Program-made: the position numbers and the translations under genes | Assembly: GCA_963702005.1 (NCBI GenBank) | Contig: OY969696.1 | Coordinates: 192,001 to 256,000, forward strand | Direction of reading: 5' to 3' | DNA: 64,000 nt | Source of the DNA: Candidatus Aminicenantes bacterium | Lineage (GTDB): Bacteria > Acidobacteriota > Aminicenantia > Aminicenantales > JAFGBC01 | Part shown: positions 58,341 to 64,000 of the stretch, in pieces | How the letters are laid out: every line of letters begins with the position of its first letter | How positions within the stretch are numbered: position 1 is the first letter of the stretch | Notes under the pieces: model-generated | What the model saw: only the letters and a program-made list of their open reading frames with translations | The model's database searches: none | What the model was told of the DNA's origin: nothing

Positions 58341-59057
58341 CTATATCTTCGCCTCCGCCTTGGATTGCGGAGACGACGTGCGTCCAATATCCACGGCCGC
58401 CTCGAGAAAATCGACCTTATCGCGGAAGGCGTCGAGAAGGCAGGCCCGTGCCTTAAGGTCGCTCGGATCCCGCTTGACGGCGTCCTCCCCGGCCTTGATC
58501 AGGGTGTCGATGGCGCCGAGTTCCTTGCTGACCAAGTCCGCCACCTGGGGACTTAAGTTATCCTTCTGAGCGGCGACGGCCTCATCGAGGGCCTTGATGG
58601 CCAGACGGTAGTGGTCCTCGGCCTCGGCCAGTTTGGCGAGGGTGAAGTCCATCCGGCCCTTGTCCGTGACCGGCGTCCCGCGGCCCTTGAGGAAGCGCTG
58701 ACCCAGGAAGGCCCCTCCGGCGATGAGCAGCACTGCCAGCAGGCCCGCCGTCGCCAGCCGCAGGGCGGGCGAGAAGCCGGGAAGCCACGCACGGTCCTTA
58801 GGCTGGGGCGCCGCGCTCGTGATCCCGCGCCGGGTCGAGGCCAATCCGGCCCTGATTCCCATCCAGACGCGATCCGAAACCTGCGGCGTTTCAAGCCCGC
58901 GCGTCTCCCGGACGATGGATTTCAGGTCCTCCAGGACCTTCCGGCAGGCGGAGCAGCCCTCGAGATGGCGCTCGAGACGCCGGATTCCGGCGGCCCCGAG
59001 CTCTCCGTCAATATGCTCGCTGATCCTCTTCTGAGCCTGCGCGCATCTCATGATCAT
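58341..59057 (-). CDS. zf-HC2 anti-sigma factor
   Basis: C..AQKRISEHIDGEL...HLEGCSAC; single TM helix. Confidence 0.88.
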   Translation of the reverse strand: MIMRCAQAQKRISEHIDGELGAAGIRRLERHLEGCSACRKVLEDLKSIVRETRGLETPQVSDRVWMGIRAGLASTRRGITSAAPQPKDRAWLPGFSPALRLATAGLLAVLLIAGGAFLGQRFLKGRGTPVTDKGRMDFTLAKLAEAEDHYRLAIKALDEAVAAQKDNLSPQVADLVSKELGAIDTLIKAGEDAVKRDPSDLKARACLLDAFRDKVDFLEAAVDIGRTSSPQSKAEAKI

Positions 59058-59063
59058 TCTCCT

Positions 59064-59711
59064 TTAGACGGCCCGCTTCCGCTCGAGCTGCTCCCGGAGC
59101 CTCATCCTGGCCTTGAAAAGCTGGGACTTCGAGGTCCCGACCGAACAGCCGAGGGTCCTGGAGATCTCCTCGTGCTTGAACCCCTGGAAGTCGTGTAGAA
59201 GGAACACCGCCCGCAGTCCATCGGGAAGGGCGGCAATGGCCTCCTCGAGCGGCTTGCGGGCTTCGGAGGACAGCCCGGTCCGGCCGGCATCGGCCAGGAC
59301 CCCTTCGATCTCGTTGAGGGAGACGGTCTTTCCCCGGCTCGACCTTATCTCGCGGAGATGGCTGAAGCAGGTGTTAAGGGCGATCCGGTAAGCCCAGGGG
59401 ACGAATGTATCCGGCTTGTCGACATCGCCCAAGTGGGAAAAGATCTTCAGGAAGATGTCCTGGAGGAGATCCTCGGCGACGGTCGCGTTCGAGGTGTATC
59501 GATAGGCCAGGCCGAACAGGGGGCCTTTCAAATGGGCGTAAATGGCCTCCAGGGCTTTTTCGTCTCCCCGCTTGGCGCGCCGGAGGAGGTCGGCCGTTGC
59601 TTCGCCGGTTCCAAGGCTCATGGCAATGGACTCCCCGATAATCAGAGGGAGGGCTTCGAAAAGGGTATTATCCCTGATTTGGGAAATCCGCGCCAGCAGG
59701 AGCTCGCCCAT
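59064..59711 (-). CDS. ECF RNA polymerase sigma factor
   Basis: AEDLLQDIFLK, WAYRIALN, LPDGLRAVFLLHDFQGFKHEEIS, GTSKSQLFKAR. Confidence 0.93.
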   Translation of the reverse strand: MGELLLARISQIRDNTLFEALPLIIGESIAMSLGTGEATADLLRRAKRGDEKALEAIYAHLKGPLFGLAYRYTSNATVAEDLLQDIFLKIFSHLGDVDKPDTFVPWAYRIALNTCFSHLREIRSSRGKTVSLNEIEGVLADAGRTGLSSEARKPLEEAIAALPDGLRAVFLLHDFQGFKHEEISRTLGCSVGTSKSQLFKARMRLREQLERKRAV

Positions 59712-59728
59712 TTTTCGCCTCGCCCTAT

Positions 59729-59756
59729 AAGATGAAGGGCGGGGCGAAAAGGTTGC
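59729..59756 (-). promoter_or_regulatory. Candidate autoregulatory ECF promoter
   Basis: GCAACC-N16-CATCTT upstream of the sigma ATG 59711. Confidence 0.6.
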
Positions 59757-59768
59757 CCAAAAAATGGA

Positions 59769-60785
59769 TTAAATGGGGCCCCAGCGGAAGAGGACGGGAG
59801 GGATCAGGCTGAGCAGGGCGAACAGGACCCAGACGGCCAGGAGGGGGAGCAGCCAGCGGGCCCATTTCTCCCAGCGGAGCTGGGCCAGGCCGAGGACGCC
59901 CATCGTGACGCCGCTCGTGGGCAGGACCGGGTTGATGTACTCGGCTAGCTGGAAGGCGAAGACGGCGGTCTGGCGGGTGATCCCGACCAGGTCTCCCAGG
60001 GGGGCCATGATGGGCATGGTCAGGGCGGCCTGGGCCGTTCCCGAGTGGACGAAGAAGTTGATGACGCACTGGGAGAGAAACATGAGCTGGGAGGAGATGA
60101 CGCGATGGACGCGGGCGATCGTCCCCGCCATGGCGTGGAGGAGGGTATCCAGGATCTTGCCGTCCGTGGCGACAACCAGGATGGCCCGGGCGCATCCGAT
60201 GATCAGGGCGGCGTTGATCATGTCCTTGGCCCCGTCGACGAAGCTCCGGGCGATCTCCTCGGTTTTGAGCCGTCCGACCAGGCCGGCCAGGATCCCGATC
60301 GCCAGGAACAGCCCGGCGATCTCGCTGATGTACCACTTGTATTTGAGGATGCCGAAAACGAGGAGGCCCATGCCGGCCAGAAACAGGATGAGGACCCGGG
60401 TGTGGACGGGGCGGACCTCGATGGTGTCTCCGCAGGGGACTCCGTTCAGATACTTTTTCTTTCGGATGAGGTCGTCCTCGTAGACCGAGCTGCGTCGGGG
60501 ATCCTTGTGAACACGCGCGGCATAGCGCATGACGAAGACGATGACGATGGTGGTGCCGATGGCCCAGATGATGAGGCGATAGCCGAGCCCCGAATAAAGC
60601 GGGAGCCCGACGATTCCCTGGGCGATCCCGACCGTGAACGGGTTGAAGAAAGCGCCCGCGAAGCCCGCCGCCGCGCCCAGGAAGGGAATGGCCGTTCCGA
60701 CGAGCGAGTCGTAGCCGAGGGATAAGGCCAGCGGGACAAAAATGAGGATCAGCGTGTGGGGAAGCTTGATTTTCGGGGCCATCAT
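59769..60785 (-). pseudogene. YfcC/DcuC-like transporter with an in-frame internal deletion
   Basis: KLPHTLILIF joins directly to VPLALSLGYDS..NPFTVGIAQ; C-terminal SGTAQA..MPIMAPLGDL..PTSGV intact; N-terminal TM/loop block missing. Confidence 0.7.
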
Positions 60786-61085
60786 CGAGACGCCACCCGG
60801 CGTTTTGTCATCGTCGCATTCTCCTTCGCAAGCCCTCTCCGATGTCCTAAAAGCTCGGTCAGGTCGGCGATGATTATAATCGGTCTCGAGGCCTTTCTCA
60901 ACTCCCCCGCCCCGCGCCGCGATATCCCCGCGCATTCACCCTTTGCGGTGGGAGGGGGGGATGGGGATGTCCTCTCGAAAATCACCGCCGGGGGGGATTC
61001 ATTTCGGGGCCGGATTCTGCCATCCTTGAGACACCGATCAGGCGACATTGGTAGCGGGAAGGCCTTCTGAGGACGATAGCGGAAG

Positions 61086-62030
61086 ATGGCTCTCTCTGCC
61101 TCGGGTGCCGAGGATCAAACAAAGATGAAAACGGAGAAAAGCTGGAACGCCCGTCTCCTGCGGAAGACAGGCTTAATCTTCCTCACCAGTCTGGCCGCGA
61201 TGACCCTCTACCAAGCGCTCAAGCGCCTCCTGTTTCCGCGCCTGACGCTCGATGCTTCCATGGCCGTCACGGCCGTCGTGGCCAGCCTGTTCGTCACGGC
61301 CGCCGCCTATGTCGTCATGCGTTACTATGAACGGATCAGAAACCGGCTGGCCCAGCAGATCAAAATCCGGGAAGAGCAGGAACGGGCCCTCCAGGCTTCC
61401 CTCCGCGAAAAGGACCTTCTCCTCCGCGAGATCCATCACCGGGTCAAGAATAATTTACAGGTCGTCTCCAGCCTGATCAACCTCCAGGCCGGGAAGGGCG
61501 GCCGGCATACGTCGCGGACCGGGCTCAAGGAAAGCCAGGACCGGATCCGGTCTATGGCCCTCATCCATGAAAAGCTCTACCGCTCTCGCGACCTGTCCCG
61601 GATCGACTTCTCGGAGTATCTTCGCGGCCTGACCTCCCACCTGGTCCAATCCTACGGCCTCCAGCCCGGGAAGGTCCGGACCGAACTCGACCTGGAGAGG
61701 TCGCGGCTCGACATCAACACGGCCATCCCCTGCGGCCTTCTCGTCAACGAGATCATCTCCAACGCCTTCAAGCACGCCTTCCCGGGGAAGAGGAAGGGGA
61801 TCGTCCGGGTCGGCTTTCATCGGCTCGGATCGAGCCGCTTCGAGCTTATGGTCGCCGACAACGGCGTCGGACTCCCCCGGGCCTTGGACATCCGCAAGAC
61901 GCGAAGCCTGGGGATGCAGATCATTCTGATGCTGGTCGAACAGCTCGACGCCGCCCTCGATGTCGGGCGCAAAGGCGGGGCGGAATTCAAGATTCGCTTC
62001 CAGGAGCTCCGCGCCAAAAAGACGGCCTGA
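61086..62030 (+). CDS. Membrane histidine kinase, HisKA_2 type
   Basis: Two TM helices; [36 protein letters not shown]. Start possibly 61125. Confidence 0.9.
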   Translation: MALSASGAEDQTKMKTEKSWNARLLRKTGLIFLTSLAAMTLYQALKRLLFPRLTLDASMAVTAVVASLFVTAAAYVVMRYYERIRNRLAQQIKIREEQERALQASLREKDLLLREIHHRVKNNLQVVSSLINLQAGKGGRHTSRTGLKESQDRIRSMALIHEKLYRSRDLSRIDFSEYLRGLTSHLVQSYGLQPGKVRTELDLERSRLDINTAIPCGLLVNEIISNAFKHAFPGKRKGIVRVGFHRLGSSRFELMVADNGVGLPRALDIRKTRSLGMQIILMLVEQLDAALDVGRKGGAEFKIRFQELRAKKTA

Positions 62031-62039
62031 ACCCAGGCT

Positions 62040-62174
62040 TCAGCTGCCGAGGACGATCCGGAGGCTCTGCCCTTCCTGCAGGGTCAAGCCTTTCGGCCAG
62101 CTGATGACGAGCCTGTTGCCGAGCCTGGCCAAGCGCGCGGTCAAGGGACGGCTTCCGATGAACGTCTTCAGCGA
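62040..62174 (-). pseudogene. 3'-terminal gene remnant cut at the palindrome
   Basis: GC3-rich frame SLKTFIGSRPLTARLARLGNRLVISWPKGLTLQEGQSLRIVLGS*; no start; begins at the palindrome edge. Confidence 0.45.
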
Positions 62175-62223
62175 GTCAGGGTCAAACCTGCACTTTGTAC
62201 CAAAGTGCAGGTTTGACCCTGAC
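62175..62223. repeat. Perfect 23-bp inverted repeat (REP-like, GGGTCAAACC type)
   Basis: GTCAGGGTCAAACCTGCACTTTG-tac-CAAAGTGCAGGTTTGACCCTGAC. Confidence 0.88.
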
Positions 62224-62298
62224 CGGTTGACAATTCAAAGAAGCATCTAATAGAATTCAACGCGGGGTAAGGAATTCAGGCTTTTTCAGGAGGGGACT

Positions 62299-64000
62299 TT
62301 GAAGAAAATCGCAATTTCGCTGGGAGTTCTTTCAATCGTGGTCCTGGCTTTTTCGTTCGATGTTGACGGCGGCCGCGCCGCCAGTCTCAAGCTCGATGAA
62401 GGCTTCGGCTCGGCGCCGCTTCATTTCATCGCCAACAAGGGTCAGGCGGCATCGGAAGCCCTTTATTACGCCAGTACGCCGGGATACACCCTGTGGCTGA
62501 CCCAAAAGGGATTTCTCTTCGACGGAACCGCGGCCGAATCGAAACGCGCCGTCTCACGGCTCGTGTTTAAGAACGCCAATGAAAAAGCCGCCGTCCGGGC
62601 CGAAGATCCCTCCGATTACAGGGTCAGCTATTTCAACGCCCGGGATGAGGCCGATTGGATCACGGACGTCCCGACCTCTCTCGCTGTCGTCTATGATGAC
62701 CTCTACGCTGGAATTGACCTCAAGGTCTACGGAAATGAGCGCCGGGTGGAATACGACTGGATCGTCCGGTCCGGCGCGGACCCGAACCGGATCAGGTTCG
62801 CCTATGAGGACGTTCAACAGACAAGGATCGACCGGAACGGAGATCTTGTGATCGAAACCGCCAACGGCGAGCTGCGGCACCGGAAGCCGGTGAGCTACCA
62901 GGTCATCGCCGGTAAAAGGGTTGAGGTCTCCGCGTCATTCCGGACGACCGCCGACGGCAGCTGCGGATTCCAGGTGGGTTCCTACGATTCCCGCTTCGAC
63001 CTTGTCATCGATCCCTTGGTGCTCGTCTATTCGACCTACCTGGGAGGAGGCAAAAAGGATATCAGCTCTTGCCTGGCGGTGGATGGAGAGGGAGCGATTT
63101 ATATAGCCGGGACGACGTTGAGCACGGATTTTCCGCCGCTCAAGGCGTCGCTTCCCAGAACCGACGTCTTCGTCAGCAAGCTTTCTTCGGACGGGAAAAG
63201 CCTGATCTATTCCGCGTTTTTCCCGACCGCGAGTCCTTACCCGTCATTCCCTGCGCTGGCCGTCGACTCGTCGGGCCATGCCTTCCTTGCCATGACTACG
63301 AGTACGACCAAATTCCCGATCAAGAACGCCTTCCAGCCTCAACCGGGGGGGAAAATGGACGGAGTCATCCTGAAGATGAATGCCAATGGAAAAGGTCTGG
63401 CTTACTCCTCCTATATCGGCGGCTCGAGCTCGGACTCTTGCAATGGAGTCGTCCTCGATAAAGAAGACCAAGCCTATGTCGTGGGAACCACCAGCAGCCC
63501 CAACTTCCCGCTCAAAAAAGCTTTTCAAAAAAAACTAGCTGGTTATAATGACCTCTTTATATTAAAAGTGGCGGCTGATGGAAAGAGCCTCCTGTTTTCG
63601 ACTTTATTGGGCGGATCGAGCTCAGAAAACGCCGGGATGGCTCATGCCATTGACGACTCCGGCGCCCTCTATATCGTCGGACAGACGTATAGTCCCGATT
63701 TCCCCACCAAGAATGCCTTTCAACCGGTCCATGGGGGAGGCGCCGACGCTTTTATCGCCAAGATCTCGCCGGAGGGAAAGAACCTCGAGTATTCGACCTT
63801 TCTCGGCGGAAATGGGGATGATCGCGGCAACGGGATCGCCGTCGACGCGGGCGGCGCTATTTACGTCACGGGTTATTCAGCCGGCGCCTTTCCCGTTAAA
63901 AACGCCTTCCAGAAAACACGAAAAGGAGGCGGGGACGTCTTTGTAACGAAGCTGACGTCCGATGGGACCGGCTTGGTCTTTTCAACCTATCTGGGCGGCT
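62299..64000 (+). CDS. Secreted SBBP-repeat beta-propeller protein (3' end off the window; absent from the ORF track)
   Basis: TTG after aggagggg, with TTGACA-N18-TAGAAT upstream; LKKIAISLGVLSIVVLAFS..PLHFIANKGQ..LYAGIDLKVYG..EYDWIVRSGADP..LVIDPLVLVYSTYLGG, then repeated IYIAGTT.STDFP units. Confidence 0.9.
   Translation, partial: MKKIAISLGVLSIVVLAFSFDVDGGRAASLKLDEGFGSAPLHFIANKGQAASEALYYASTPGYTLWLTQKGFLFDGTAAESKRAVSRLVFKNANEKAAVRAEDPSDYRVSYFNARDEADWITDVPTSLAVVYDDLYAGIDLKVYGNERRVEYDWIVRSGADPNRIRFAYEDVQQTRIDRNGDLVIETANGELRHRKPVSYQVIAGKRVEVSASFRTTADGSCGFQVGSYDSRFDLVIDPLVLVYSTYLGGGKKDISSCLAVDGEGAIYIAGTTLSTDFPPLKASLPRTDVFVSKLSSDGKSLIYSAFFPTASPYPSFPALAVDSSGHAFLAMTTSTTKFPIKNAFQPQPGGKMDGVILKMNANGKGLAYSSYIGGSSSDSCNGVVLDKEDQAYVVGTTSSPNFPLKKAFQKKLAGYNDLFILKVAADGKSLLFSTLLGGSSSENAGMAHAIDDSGALYIVGQTYSPDFPTKNAFQPVHGGGADAFIAKISPEGKNLEYSTFLGGNGDDRGNGIAVDAGGAIYVTGYSAGAFPVKNAFQKTRKGGGDVFVTKLTSDGTGLVFSTYLGG

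Noticed and set aside
1-64000. CRISPR array, rRNA, intact tRNA, integrase/transposase, prophage
   Set aside because: No regularly spaced repeats or diagnostic motifs seen by eye; repeats are intragenic (SVSGDV, BNR, SBBP, TPR) or isolated palindromes.

Overview
GC-rich bacterial chromosomal window. The gene repertoire (TolB/TPR Ser/Thr kinases, acidobacterial-type VWA protein, 6-bladed propellers, SBBP-repeat protein) suggests Ca. Aminicenantes or a related Acidobacteriota lineage; this is an inference. From left to right: a low-GC amidohydrolase abutting a truncated kinase; a 5-gene lipid-modification operon (DUF3108-like, two extended SDRs, CPBP, AUR1/IPC-synthase-like PAP2) bracketed by two tRNA 3'-end fragments; a mostly exported cupin/DUF362/lactonase/BASS/ThuA cluster; BNR, VWA, kinase, M1 peptidase and HU genes; an unusual kdp locus; GH47; a Cys-less PurF; a HEAT-like/HD-GYP pair sharing an N-terminal domain; GAPN-like ALDH and murJ; a PIN toxin-antitoxin pair; an ars operon ending in an AbrB-radical SAM/SPASM gene; ygiQ, MFS, an ECF sigma/anti-sigma/DUF4097 operon, an internally deleted yfcC, a HisKA_2 kinase and a partial SBBP protein. 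The kdp locus has a sigma54 response regulator, a KinB-like kinase, two micropeptides, kdpABC and a stand-alone KdpD-domain-Usp-PTS EIIA fusion, with no kdpE. There are two copies of a ~110-bp double-hairpin element, two perfect REP-like palindromes and at least five deletion scars. No CRISPR, rRNA, intact tRNA, integrase or transposase was seen. The best candidates for new biology are the EIIA-fused Kdp regulatory system and the ars-linked radical SAM. All family calls come from motif recognition, not database searches.
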